Assembly: GCA_008369845.1 (NCBI GenBank)
Contig: MRSU01010980.1
Location: 1-48,795 of the forward strand
Direction of reading: 5' to 3'
DNA from: Trichomonas gallinae
Taxonomy: Eukaryota
DNA length: 48,795 bases
Part shown: piece by piece, positions 1 to 10,394 of the stretch
How the letters are laid out: each line of letters starts with the position of its first letter
Position numbering within the stretch: the first letter of the stretch is position 1
Notes under the pieces: model-generated
What the model was told of the DNA's origin: nothing
The model's input: only the letters and a program-made list of their open reading frames with translations
The model's database searches: none
Program-made: the position numbers and the translations under genes

Positions 1-48
1 TTTTGTCATATTTATATGATTTGTTAGATTCACCCCCTATAATAGGAC

Positions 49-237
49 CTAGTGCAAACTGTGGCAAAACTGGGTATATTCAAAATCTTTTTGAAATTTT
101 TTCAATGATTGAAGTAAATTCGCTTCTAATTCATTGATATGTTCTTTCAGGTTCTTGAGATTATTTTTCTCTTTATTAAATTCACCCATTTGTTCAACTA
201 CTTCTTTAATCTCGGTTTTAAGGTACTCAATGCTCAT
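49..237 (-). CDS. Small coiled-coil ORF (62 aa), possibly a gene fragment
   Basis: ATG-initiated, E/K/L-rich heptad-like sequence (IEYLKTEIKEVVEQMGEFNKEKNNLKNLKEHINELEANL). It is short and no family is recognised. Confidence 0.3.
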   Translation of the reverse strand: MSIEYLKTEIKEVVEQMGEFNKEKNNLKNLKEHINELEANLLQSLKKFQKDFEYTQFCHSLH

Positions 238-768
238 TTATAATTTTTCCACTATATATAATTCAGGGGATAAAAAATATAAAAAGGGGATTTATATAAA
301 TGTCTTGTGGTATTAAGGAATTTAATATCTTGTGAAGAATCTATATTACTATGTAATTTTATTTTTGAAAATTTCAATTTTAAATCGTAAATGTTTTTAA
401 CTTGGCAGATGCAGAGATTATGCATATAAGTATCTTCTCCATTAGCAGCAAGATGCATTATCCCAGGAACGATTCTGCATCTAGCAAAATGTTATTTTTC
501 TTTGCGCCAAACAAGGAAAATCCTAGCGCTAAACTAGATCCCAACATATATATATGAATATGGTCATTCCACATAGATACTTTAGTTAAATAGCAATAGA
601 TAGAGAACAATTAAATAACTGAATGAATGCACATATTGTCAACTTTATGCTAATTCAGATACTACCAATGTACATGCTAGCATTATAATGATTTTCATTT
701 ATTATCAATCATCTATCTAATTATGTAATGGTAAAGTTTTAAATTTCATGGTAAAATAAATAATAATA

Positions 769-2940
769 TTAAAGATCTGATTCTTGGCTCTTTTCATCAA
801 CATTGTCAAGTCCTTCACCCTTGCTATCATAGTGATTTGAAAATGAACCGCTAGATTCATCAAGTTCATTTAGCTTCTCTGTTATTTCCTTGAGCTCTTC
901 ACTATCTATTACTCTTCCTATTTCAGATGGATCCTCAATTTCTTCATATTGGTTACTATCTGAGACGCTGACTTCACGGTACTTCTTATAGAAGAACATA
1001 CCCATAACTGCAATGCAGAAAATACAGATAATGCCAAAAGTGCTGAGAATAATAACAGTTGCAGCCGAATAGTTGGGTAACTTATTTCCAGACGGAGTAT
1101 CAGTTGGTGCTTCTATTAGGAATACAAATACTGTCTCACTTGGTTGATAGAAAAGAGTTCTAACGATTTGATATGCAACTTGATAGGAATAGCTTGTCTC
1201 GTTATCTCCTTCACTAATTGTTTGTACAACTGTAACATACGAGGAAGAAGTTGTGGTTTCATTTTCAACATATGTTGTCGTTATAGTTGTAGTGTTTGTG
1301 TATTTAACATTTGTAGGTGTTGCTGTTTCTGTTGCAGTTTCTATTTCAGTTCCTGTCTCTGTTTCTATTGGTGTGGTTGTGTTTTCTTCTACTTCTACTT
1401 CTGTATTAGATTCAGTTCCATTGCAATTGAGTTTGCAGCTCCATTCGTTGCAATCATATCTGTTCTTATCATAAGCCTTGTTAAGTGTTGTATTCGTCGG
1501 GAAGTAAACTTTGTCTATTCTATTATTCGAGGTATTGCAGTACTGGTCGAATTCGCTTGGATTTACGTCGCCGGTCGATTCATTTTTCACATAGTTAATA
1601 TTGAACTTTTCTCTGACGTAAGAGAATGAGTATGGATCGTATTTAGTATCGATCGGAACTAATGTCATGTTTGATGGTACCCACAACATATTTCCTCTGG
1701 GCTTAAGTTTATGCTCAACTTCTAGGAGAGAGCGAGCTGTGCCTAGTGGCGCAACTTCATATATGTAGCCGCGGAAAAGAACGAAATCATTCTCATTTTC
1801 AACGGTAACATTATCGATGTTGCAGGACAAGAACCAGCTGAGAGAGAATGTAGTGAATCCTTTGGCTATGGCGATGTTTTTGAGGTTACGACAGTTCTTA
1901 AAACTTCCTTCGTTAATTGTTAAATTTGTCGTGACTTTGAAATCTGAAATGCCAATATTCTCAAATGCACCAGAGCTGATAGTAATCGCATCTTGATGCA
2001 TTGGGAAATGAATTGTTTTAAGATTTGGGATGTTTTTGATTGCACCGGTATGGAATGTATCTATAGTGGACATTGTCATATCTAGTTCTTCAATAGACAA
2101 ATCAGTAAGACAGTTTGCGCCAAGAGGGGAATCAGATAAGAATAATTCCAACTTTTTTACTTGGCGGTTTTTAAGAGCTTCTCCGATCTTAGAAATGGAA
2201 ACATCTTTTGAAAGAACAACCATCTTATCGATATTTTGGTCCAAATTTGTTAAATTTTCTAAACTGCTAATATAAGCATTTCCAGGATCATGTCTGAGAT
2301 TAACTATTGTTCTGAGGTTAGAACAATTAATGAAAGCCTTGTAATCGAAGTATGACCATGAAGGTTGAATTGTAAATTCGGAAATATTTGGTAAATCAAC
2401 GAAAGATCCTTCTTCGGCAATAACATTATCTCCTGTGAAATTCAAAATCGATAGATTTTTGCATCCACGAAATGCATTTTTTGTAAATTTTACATTTACG
2501 GCTTGAATTTCATGTATAATTGAGTTATCATCAAATGCTCCATCTGAAATTGTTAGATTTGGCGCATTTACAATAATTGTTTCCGGATTCATATTCGAAA
2601 ATATTCCTTGTGTGAAATTAATAACTGAATCACTTATGAATTTAAACGCTTTCATCTTTTTATTTCCATTTTCTCTGAAACAAGGTCCTTGAACAACTTT
2701 GTCAAGGGTCATATCGCTATTAAGGTTGATTACAATCCCGTCGTATTCAGGTTGAGATGGATTAAGAATAGGATCCAAAATAATTGGAGGGAGAATAATC
2801 TTATCGAGTATTTTAGTCACATCTCTACATAAATCTTCAACGCTGTGAAATATTCCATTGTTACCATCATAGAAGTTGTGATTATTGCCGTGCAATCTAA
2901 CATTTTCTGATAAAACCGATGAGAAAAGCGAAGTTCGCAT
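769..2940 (-). CDS. BspA-like (TpLRR) leucine-rich repeat type I membrane surface protein
   Basis: The ORF track opens at TTG 2943; the first ATG is at 2940 with Inr TCATT just upstream. TpLRR-like repeats (ISDGAF, FTKNAFRGCKNLSIL, ISSGAFENIGIS, INEGSFKNCRNLKNI), a T/E-rich stalk, a TM helix (ATVIILSTFGIICIFCIAVMGMFFY) followed by KKYR, and an acidic tail. Confidence 0.85.
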   Translation of the reverse strand: MRTSLFSSVLSENVRLHGNNHNFYDGNNGIFHSVEDLCRDVTKILDKIILPPIILDPILNPSQPEYDGIVINLNSDMTLDKVVQGPCFRENGNKKMKAFKFISDSVINFTQGIFSNMNPETIIVNAPNLTISDGAFDDNSIIHEIQAVNVKFTKNAFRGCKNLSILNFTGDNVIAEEGSFVDLPNISEFTIQPSWSYFDYKAFINCSNLRTIVNLRHDPGNAYISSLENLTNLDQNIDKMVVLSKDVSISKIGEALKNRQVKKLELFLSDSPLGANCLTDLSIEELDMTMSTIDTFHTGAIKNIPNLKTIHFPMHQDAITISSGAFENIGISDFKVTTNLTINEGSFKNCRNLKNIAIAKGFTTFSLSWFLSCNIDNVTVENENDFVLFRGYIYEVAPLGTARSLLEVEHKLKPRGNMLWVPSNMTLVPIDTKYDPYSFSYVREKFNINYVKNESTGDVNPSEFDQYCNTSNNRIDKVYFPTNTTLNKAYDKNRYDCNEWSCKLNCNGTESNTEVEVEENTTTPIETETGTEIETATETATPTNVKYTNTTTITTTYVENETTTSSSYVTVVQTISEGDNETSYSYQVAYQIVRTLFYQPSETVFVFLIEAPTDTPSGNKLPNYSAATVIILSTFGIICIFCIAVMGMFFYKKYREVSVSDSNQYEEIEDPSEIGRVIDSEELKEITEKLNELDESSGSFSNHYDSKGEGLDNVDEKSQESDL

Positions 2941-2943
2941 CAA

Positions 2944-2948
2944 AATGA
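2944..2948 (-). promoter_or_regulatory. Trichomonad initiator (Inr) TCATT
   Basis: The minus strand reads ...TCATTTTG-ATG, matching the TCA+1(T/C)(T/A) Inr consensus. Confidence 0.6.
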
Positions 2949-3951
2949 GATGGAACCTTTCAAAAAATTCATCACAAAAAAATATTAATTATCTTTAGTA
3001 TATGAGTATGTTTCCTCGATAAATTATTTTTTGAATGATTTTCAATTTAAGAACAACTTTTGATGGGATAAAATCATAATCGCTAATATTAATGCATACT
3101 GTAATTATTTCTATAAATCATAAATGGCCAACTTTATAGCAAAAAGGTTAAAAATTTCAAAGAGATCTATTCCTGATAGTATCAGTACTCATATATTCCA
3201 TTCCGCATTTAAAATTCAGAACAAAATCAAATGGTTTCAACGTTAAAAAGAAATTAAGGTGAAGGATAAACGTTTTATATTTTTTATAACTAATATTAGT
3301 GAACCATTAATTTAAAGCTGTCATTATATGAGTAACACAAAGAAAATTGCCAGATTTCGAAATACGGTCAACGATTATTTACAATTCAATTAATATCGGT
3401 GATGAATTTTCATTTATCGATATCTGAGTCTTTCAATGCTAAAAATAATGAATTGCATCATGTGCTTTCGCAAAAAAATCTTTAAAACCAATATCTGTTT
3501 GATAGTTTTGATTTCCAAATTTTTTTCACGCGTATCAAAATATTTACAGACATCGAAGATATTTCTCAGATGGCTCCAATATAGTTATATCCTCGAAACT
3601 AAGCATAATAAATCGAGGACGGAATTCATATGATTGAACAACTATATATTTAACACCAATCAATGCATAAACTTAATATGTATGGTGTAGGGGATATAAT
3701 TCTGAACAAATGAAAAGTTATTAAATAGTTTTCGAATGAAATATGATTATAATTTTTAAAATGAAAAATGGAAGTATCATTGGGATAGAATACATGAATA
3801 TTTACGATGGATAGATAAATAGAACTATTCCCTCAAAACTAAATTTGAATAATTTTTCATCTAGTTTTTAGAAGCCATTATTGAGTTATTTAAAGTATAT
3901 CTTGCTAATAAGTATGATAATAGTACTAACTAAGGCAAATGACTAATAATA

Positions 3952-4326
3952 TTATTTTGGAGTTTGAATTTGAGGATTTAGGTGATTTAGTTCGCTAAAT
4001 TTCTTGAGCATATTTATGCATAATGCTTCATATTCATTTGCTGAAACCGCAGTTTCAAAAACATCTAATTCGATTTTATTTCCCATTACTCTTGAGAAAT
4101 CATTGTTTTTTGTTATATCAAGTACAGCTTTTTGGAACATAGATTGCATCTTATATCTTCTTAATGCAGGAACTTTATTCGAAGGTTTAAATGGCATATT
4201 AAAATCGGATTTATCAACATTTGGAGGTATAGTTTTCTTTAAATCGAATGTAATCTTAGGTTTTTCGTCTGATGGCTCCTTCCACTTGTGAAGCCTTGCA
4301 ACAACTAGATCATTCAGCTGAGTCAT
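3952..4326 (-). CDS. Small hypothetical protein with a KIX-like / REXO1-type three-helix domain
   Basis: 124-aa ATG ORF with Inr TCATT at 4335-4339. C-terminal KVPALRRY...KIELDVFETAVSANEYEALCINMLKKF resembles KIX-like helical bundles. Confidence 0.7.
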   Translation of the reverse strand: MTQLNDLVVARLHKWKEPSDEKPKITFDLKKTIPPNVDKSDFNMPFKPSNKVPALRRYKMQSMFQKAVLDITKNNDFSRVMGNKIELDVFETAVSANEYEALCINMLKKFSELNHLNPQIQTPK

Positions 4327-4423
4327 GGAATAAAAATGACTAAATTTCTTACCAAAAGATTATTTTTGAACTCAAATACAGCACTTATCATTTTTACAGA
4401 TGAAAGTCAAATATATAAAATTT

Positions 4424-4434
4424 TGACATGTAAA
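4424..4434. promoter_or_regulatory. Recurrent upstream motif TGACATGTAAA in the 150-bp divergent promoter
   Basis: Exact 11-mer, also present (either orientation) at 6104, 6273, 11749, 28316, 36300, 36329, 44444, 44483 and 44939, all upstream of genes. Confidence 0.6.
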
Positions 4435-4460
4435 AATTTTATTTGCCAAAAATTTAAAAT

Positions 4461-4465
4461 CCTTT
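4461..4465 (+). promoter_or_regulatory. M5-like core promoter element CCTTT
   Basis: CCTTT ends 11 nt before ATG 4476 and no Inr is adjacent. It matches the Trichomonas M5 alternative initiator. Confidence 0.4.
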
Positions 4466-4475
4466 TTTTTTTTAA

Positions 4476-5921
4476 ATGCATGATGAATATAAGGATCCAT
4501 CAGAAGATCCTTCTCTCATCAAACAACCTGATATTGCATTTGATTTACCTCTCATAGACAGTTCTCTAACCAGTGTAGATAAAGAAAAACTTCATCAACT
4601 TTACGAAGATCTTCAAACTGCAGTTAATTTCGAAAACCAGGATAGGATGGCTGAAATATTTGATGAACTAAGCCAGGCAGCAGAATATAATGCAACAGAA
4701 GTTACTCAAGAATATGATTTTCCAGAATTCTATGACCTAATTACCAGAGTAATTATACTTTTCAATGGTCACCCTGGCTATTTTCTACTTTTTCGATTTC
4801 TTGGTTTCCAAATTAAAGGACTGAAACGATTACTCCCAGCATATGAAAAGACTATAAACAACGCTATCTCACTATGTCTAACTGTTGAGGATGAAAATAC
4901 TTTCAGATGGTGCTGCTGGTTCATATCAATATTTATTCTTGTAACTCATGATACTGACTATCCTTATGATATTGAGAGCATGATAAACGTATGTGCAGCT
5001 TCCAGAAAATATAAAAAACAACGAATTATGGGACTAGAATTATTAAGATGCATTATAGCATATTGCGATACTAGTTCAATACATGAAATGGTAATATGTG
5101 AAATTAGCCGGTTTATTCCTCAACCAAACCAAAAAGAAAAATTTAATGCTGATTATTATCGTTCGCTTCTCAGCTCTTGCTATATGTTACTTGATGTTCA
5201 TTCGGAATGGGAGGTAAAATATAGAAAATATAGCATTTTTGAAAATATTTCAATTTCATTGCGCAATTTTCCACGAGAAGGCATCCCATCATCAATTCTT
5301 TCTATATATCTCAATTTTGTCAAGTTGTCTATGAGTTATGCAGATAATAATGTCAGATTACATTATTATAAATCAATTCCATTAAACGCTTTTAATGGAC
5401 TCTTCGTTTCTAACCCCCCACCTGATATTGAACAGATTATTTTTGATATTCTTGACATCCAAAAAACCGCAATAACACTTTTGCGATTGAATACCAAAGC
5501 TAATATACAAATCTGTGAATTGAACATACCAATAGTTAAAAATGTACTTGTAATGGAATGTACATATTATCTTAGAAAAGGAATTGCTCATTATTTATGT
5601 GTATTTATTGAAACATTTCCAGATGTATTCGAACCAGGAGTATATCTCAACTGGTTGATTGATAATTCAGTATTCTTAGAGGAAATAGATGATGCCACCG
5701 CATCAACAATATATTATTTACGAATCCTTTCTGTTGCATTAGGTATTGCGCGTGTTAATTACGAAGAAGATTTCCATCTATTTGTGGAAACTTTAGTCGA
5801 AGAAGAAATCGTTGTACAGCTGAAAGATCTTGAAATTGAAGGATCTGATGAAATTGCAGCTATTGTTACACGTATTTTAACAGTACTACAACCTGAGCTT
5901 CCAGAACTTGAAGAAGACTAA
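4476..5921 (+). CDS. Hypothetical alpha-helical (ARM/HEAT-like) protein, 481 aa
   Basis: Long ATG-initiated ORF with amphipathic-helix character and an acidic C-terminus. No specific family is recognised. Confidence 0.8.
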   Translation: MHDEYKDPSEDPSLIKQPDIAFDLPLIDSSLTSVDKEKLHQLYEDLQTAVNFENQDRMAEIFDELSQAAEYNATEVTQEYDFPEFYDLITRVIILFNGHPGYFLLFRFLGFQIKGLKRLLPAYEKTINNAISLCLTVEDENTFRWCCWFISIFILVTHDTDYPYDIESMINVCAASRKYKKQRIMGLELLRCIIAYCDTSSIHEMVICEISRFIPQPNQKEKFNADYYRSLLSSCYMLLDVHSEWEVKYRKYSIFENISISLRNFPREGIPSSILSIYLNFVKLSMSYADNNVRLHYYKSIPLNAFNGLFVSNPPPDIEQIIFDILDIQKTAITLLRLNTKANIQICELNIPIVKNVLVMECTYYLRKGIAHYLCVFIETFPDVFEPGVYLNWLIDNSVFLEEIDDATASTIYYLRILSVALGIARVNYEEDFHLFVETLVEEEIVVQLKDLEIEGSDEIAAIVTRILTVLQPELPELEED

Positions 5922-6032
5922 TTTTGTTTGTTTTTGTTATTTATAATAATGTAAAGTGTCAAAATGTCAAAAAATGGATATCAAAGCACAATTCAGATTT
6001 TTATGAAAATATAGCATATATGTCATAATTAT

Positions 6033-6306
6033 AGATTGTATCATTGATTGAATGTCATTATTATGCTCTGAATAAACATCGGTTGAAGAAAACTTAGAAA
6101 TAATTTACATGTCAAATATCAATCAAAAATGTCAAATATGAATAACAATGCTTTATTAATATTTTGGTGAAGATATATCATATAAGACTTCTTAGGAGAT
6201 TATATCATTGATGGAATGATATTGTTATGCTCTGAATAAACTTCTTGAAGAATAAAATTTTCTTTGGAATAATTTACATGTCAAATGACATCCAAAAATG
6301 TCAAAA
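6033..6306 (+). repeat. Diverged two-copy tandem duplication (~165 bp offset) in the Sec7 upstream region
   Basis: tcattgattgaatg..ttatgctctgaataaac..ttgaagaa..aataatttacatgtcaaat..caaaaatgtcaaa occurs at ~6041 and again at ~6205. Confidence 0.8.
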
Positions 6307-6437
6307 TTTTGGACGAAATCAATTTAATTAAATTATAGTTAAAATTGGAATGCAAACAAGTAAAAGATTTCGAAAAATCAATAAAATTTAAGATGGAAAA
6401 TTTTGCTAAAATAATTTTTTTTTTATCGGCTACTGAA

Positions 6438-9400
6438 ATGACCGCATCTTTCCTTATTATAGACCAGCTTGAAAAAAGTTTAATCGGTCTTCGAAAAGAG
6501 TGTGGATCATTTGGTAAGAAGACATTGAAGGAAGCTATATCGAAATCACTGCAAAATATCGAGAGCGGAAAAAAGAACGATTCGTTAATTGATCTAGAAA
6601 TTATTATAAATCCATACTTTATGGTGATAAATGAGCTCCATAAAGAGCACTTAGTATCTGTCCTCGTAATGATTACGAATCTTTTCCAGTACGCGATTGA
6701 AGAAATCTCACCGAGCGAAGAATTAACAAAGAACATTTTACACAGCATGTTTAACTTATTCAAACAGAAAAAGATTATTACCGATGAAATTAAAGCAAAA
6801 GCAGCAAAAGTCATTTCTTGTTGCATCGAAAATCCAAACGTTCGCGCTTCAATTCACGGAGAAATACTTAGCGAGATATTCAACTTCTTGCTTGATCTCC
6901 AAAATACGTCGCCAGCAACAGCAGGTGAAATTTTATCGATGACGATTCAAAATCTTTTCCGTGTTTATTTAACACTCATAGAGCCATCATCTAAGGATAC
7001 TGTGGAGCCTGTAACAGTCGAGGATGTTGCTAGGCAAGTCGTTGATGAAATCGTGAATAAATATATTGGAGCGCCAACTTCTGCGATTGACGATGTAATT
7101 ACTATAGTTAGGACCTTTTCACACGCTATAGAGAAGTTCCAGCTCACCGAAAGCACTCTAAGGACTTGCTCTGAAGCAATTTTGGCACTTATAGAAGCAG
7201 ACAATCCGATCGTCGAAACGGACGAATTTGCGAAGTTACTTCAAGAAGATATACATGTTACTTTGATCGGACTCTCAATCGATGAACATCAATCATTAAT
7301 CGGAATTACAGCACAATTAATCATTCTCGTATGGCAGAAATTCCACAAATTATACGTTGTTGGTCTCAACGAGGTCTTTGATAGAGGTCTCGCGACAGCT
7401 TTAGCATCACCATATCCGAAAACCGTTGTCCGTGCAATTAAGTTATTTAACGAGTTAGCAAAATACCCACAGATACTTGTCGATGCTTATGTCAACTATG
7501 ATTGTGATCAAACTGGTTTCTTCAAGAATGTTTACAAAAATCTTACGGAAAGAATCGTTAACTGCGCAAAACCTGGACAAAAGGACCCAGAAATGCAGAA
7601 ATCGTCTCTTGTTACAACAATTACAATCCTAGACGGCCTTTGGACATATTTCAAAGAAAAATCAGCCCAAAAGAAGGCTCAAGAAGATGAAGGAAATATC
7701 TACCTAGAAGCTAAGAAGGCAAAGAATGTACTAGAAGAAGGTATGAGGCTATTTAAGACAAAAGAAAAGAAAGGCTTGCAATTCTTCAAAGATCATGGAA
7801 TCTGCGGACAAACACCAGAAGAAATCGCTAATTTCTTCTATAATACACCAACATTAGATCCAGCATCAATCGGTAACATCATTGGCTCGAATAATCCAGA
7901 ATCTGTTGCGATTTTGCATTCGTTTATGGACCAATTTGACTTCAAAGGCATGACATTTGAACAAGCATTTAGAGCTTTCCTTAGCAAATTCCTTATTCCT
8001 GGTGAATCTCAAATGATCGATAGAATTATGGAGCAATTCGGTTCTAAATATTATAATGATAATCCATCACTCTTCTCTTGCGCAGAAACGGTCTACGTTT
8101 TGGCTTTCTCTGCGTTAATGTTGCACACTGATGCACATCATCCAACACTCAAGAAACACATGACATTACCAGAATTTATCGCCAACAACAGAGGTATTGA
8201 CCAAGGAAACGACATTCCTAAGGAATTTCTTACAGATTTATATAATGGAATCACATCGAAGAAGATTTTCGTTTCAAGAGACGCCCTTCCTAACTCATTC
8301 CTGTTAAGCAGAGAGCAGCAGGCTGAAATGTACAGGCAACAATGCCACCAAGCAATTCAAGCTGCAAGGAATACTACACAAGATGCAAAGAATTTAGTAT
8401 TCCACAGGGCTGAGTCTCATCTTTTAGTCGGCCCAATGTTCCAAGCAGTGTGGCAAGCGATTTTGGCAGCATTAACTATGAGTTTCGAAATGACGGATGA
8501 TGAAAAACTTGTTGATTTGATTTTACAAGGCTTTACATTGTGCACACACATTGCTAGCCATTCATATGTCACAGAAGCTTTGCAGGTTCTCGTTGACAGT
8601 TTCGCTAAATTTACAAGATTAAGAACTTCAGCAATAGAAGATGTCAAAACAAAGAATATATTATGCACAAACGCATTGATTATGTGCGCCATCGAAGACC
8701 ATTTATACCTCAAAGGCGCCTGGTCGATTGTTCTTGGTGAGATTTCGGCTTTGGACGTTATTATGGACAGCCAGAAGTACGTCTGCAACATGAACAAGAC
8801 AGACGAGATATTCCTGCTGTCCGCCGAGCTCGACAGAGAGTCAATCATCGATTTCGTCGACGCCATGTGCAAAGTATCTACATACGAACTCAGCGCGAAT
8901 CCACCACGAATGTTTTCACTGCTCAAGCTGTCAGACATCGCGTATTATAACATGGACAGGCCTATGTATCTTTGGAAAGAGATCTGGAAGATCATTGGTT
9001 CGCACTTATCACTGCAGGGCTCGCGTGGCGACTTAGAAGTCGCTTTGACGACGATAGATATATTAAGGCAGCTCGCAAGGAAATTCATTCCTAAGCAAGA
9101 TCAAGGATCATCTATTTCACTGCAGTCTCACTTCCTTCAGCCTTTCTGCGACATTATATACCAAACGAGAGACCACTCAATGCGCGAGCTCATTTTGGAG
9201 TGCACACAGCAGTTAGTCGATGAGCACGCGCCGATTTTAATGAGCGGTTGGGACGTCGTCTTCCAGATTTTGACGTTTGCAGCGATGAGCGAAGAACTCA
9301 AGAAGCACGGCTTTAGCATTGTCGAGCAGATCATACACAAGCACATGACGGCCGTTATTCCTTATTCTGTCCACTTAGTTGCCATGATTTCGAGTTTTGT

Positions 9401-10394
9401 TATATCAGACGCAAACGCGGAAATTTGCTTCGAAGCGACAAAGCTTTTCCTTATAATTGCAGATGCAATTCCAGCATCACATGTCAATGCTTGGGAGTCT
9501 TTGCTTCAGTCGCTCGGCAAGTGCAACCAGCATCCATTCTTCAATGTAAAACAGTCCGCTGAAGAAGTCTTGTTGAATATTATCATTGACAAAGGTGCAG
9601 TCAGAGGAATTTTGACGAACAATTTATGGGAATTTATTATACAGCACTCGTTCCCTGATTTATTCGAGTTCCCAGAGGACGACAATCCACAGATATACAA
9701 GCACAACATCGAGATCATTAATAAGATCGTCGATGAAGTCGCAATAAATCACCATGAAGCAATCAAACCACATATATTACTGTTCATCAGATTCTTCAAG
9801 TTCTTCACTCAATCGGAGAACGACAACTTCAGCAGGGCTGTCATCAAAGCGTTTGGAAAATATACTGTAAAATGCCACGATGACTTTGACGATAATCTCA
9901 TCGATGAAATGATACAAGTCTGGGAATCATATGTGCCTAAATTCGCCAGACTTGTTGTCTATGTTGAGACATTGTCGAATGTTTTGGCGGCGTTCCACCA
10001 TTCTGAGAACGCATATAGTAGGCTGATGGTTATATTAGGTAAGGTCGTCAAGTGGACAATAGCACAGAAGGACGACAGCAATGGCCACAGGCTTTTGTGC
10101 TCCGCGAGAAAGGGATATTTCAACGGTTTGATTAGACATAATGAAGTCGAACAGTCAGCGGATTATCTTGAGGACACTTTAGAACTTTATGCAGAATTTG
10201 AAGGCAAAGCAACGAACGAATTCTGGGAGAAGCTTGTTGAGGCTTCTTTCCAGGGAGTCGCTGATGCTAGTGATGATATATACAACGCGTGCGTGAATAA
10301 GTCTATGAAGACAATGCTGAACATCGTTCAGACAGAGTCACCAATTGTTAGAAAGCAGCTCATGAGAATTGTGAAGAGGAAACTCTCCCAATAA
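6438..10394 (+). CDS. SEC7: Large Sec7-domain Arf guanine nucleotide exchange factor (BIG/Sec7 class)
   Basis: HUS box YVNYDCD, Sec7 motifs FLIPGESQMIDRIMEQFG (catalytic Glu) and YVLAFSALMLHTDAH, and HDS motif PRMFSLLKLSDIAYYNMDR. The ORF track starts at TTG 6345; the likely ATG is 6438. Confidence 0.92.
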   Translation: MTASFLIIDQLEKSLIGLRKECGSFGKKTLKEAISKSLQNIESGKKNDSLIDLEIIINPYFMVINELHKEHLVSVLVMITNLFQYAIEEISPSEELTKNILHSMFNLFKQKKIITDEIKAKAAKVISCCIENPNVRASIHGEILSEIFNFLLDLQNTSPATAGEILSMTIQNLFRVYLTLIEPSSKDTVEPVTVEDVARQVVDEIVNKYIGAPTSAIDDVITIVRTFSHAIEKFQLTESTLRTCSEAILALIEADNPIVETDEFAKLLQEDIHVTLIGLSIDEHQSLIGITAQLIILVWQKFHKLYVVGLNEVFDRGLATALASPYPKTVVRAIKLFNELAKYPQILVDAYVNYDCDQTGFFKNVYKNLTERIVNCAKPGQKDPEMQKSSLVTTITILDGLWTYFKEKSAQKKAQEDEGNIYLEAKKAKNVLEEGMRLFKTKEKKGLQFFKDHGICGQTPEEIANFFYNTPTLDPASIGNIIGSNNPESVAILHSFMDQFDFKGMTFEQAFRAFLSKFLIPGESQMIDRIMEQFGSKYYNDNPSLFSCAETVYVLAFSALMLHTDAHHPTLKKHMTLPEFIANNRGIDQGNDIPKEFLTDLYNGITSKKIFVSRDALPNSFLLSREQQAEMYRQQCHQAIQAARNTTQDAKNLVFHRAESHLLVGPMFQAVWQAILAALTMSFEMTDDEKLVDLILQGFTLCTHIASHSYVTEALQVLVDSFAKFTRLRTSAIEDVKTKNILCTNALIMCAIEDHLYLKGAWSIVLGEISALDVIMDSQKYVCNMNKTDEIFLLSAELDRESIIDFVDAMCKVSTYELSANPPRMFSLLKLSDIAYYNMDRPMYLWKEIWKIIGSHLSLQGSRGDLEVALTTIDILRQLARKFIPKQDQGSSISLQSHFLQPFCDIIYQTRDHSMRELILECTQQLVDEHAPILMSGWDVVFQILTFAAMSEELKKHGFSIVEQIIHKHMTAVIPYSVHLVAMISSFVISDANAEICFEATKLFLIIADAIPASHVNAWESLLQSLGKCNQHPFFNVKQSAEEVLLNIIIDKGAVRGILTNNLWEFIIQHSFPDLFEFPEDDNPQIYKHNIEIINKIVDEVAINHHEAIKPHILLFIRFFKFFTQSENDNFSRAVIKAFGKYTVKCHDDFDDNLIDEMIQVWESYVPKFARLVVYVETLSNVLAAFHHSENAYSRLMVILGKVVKWTIAQKDDSNGHRLLCSARKGYFNGLIRHNEVEQSADYLEDTLELYAEFEGKATNEFWEKLVEASFQGVADASDDIYNACVNKSMKTMLNIVQTESPIVRKQLMRIVKRKLSQ

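Noticed and set aside
252..458. 68-aa ORF beginning MHLAANG (ankyrin-like start)
   Set aside because: Only a few residues resemble ankyrin; the rest reads like translated AT-rich intergenic DNA.
1144..1629. Cys/Phe-rich 161-aa antisense ORF, and the other short ORFs nested in or antisense to long genes
   Set aside because: Shadow ORFs produced by the codon bias of the real overlapping genes.
3590..3619. TCCTCGA...TCGAGGA inverted repeat
   Set aside because: A 7-bp stem is expected by chance and has no other support.
6345..6437. Upstream TTG/GTG starts given by the ORF track (also 12105, 21206, 28393, 40349, 44973, 48092)
   Set aside because: Eukaryotic context. The extensions are AT-rich promoter sequence, and downstream ATGs (several with an adjacent Inr) fit better.
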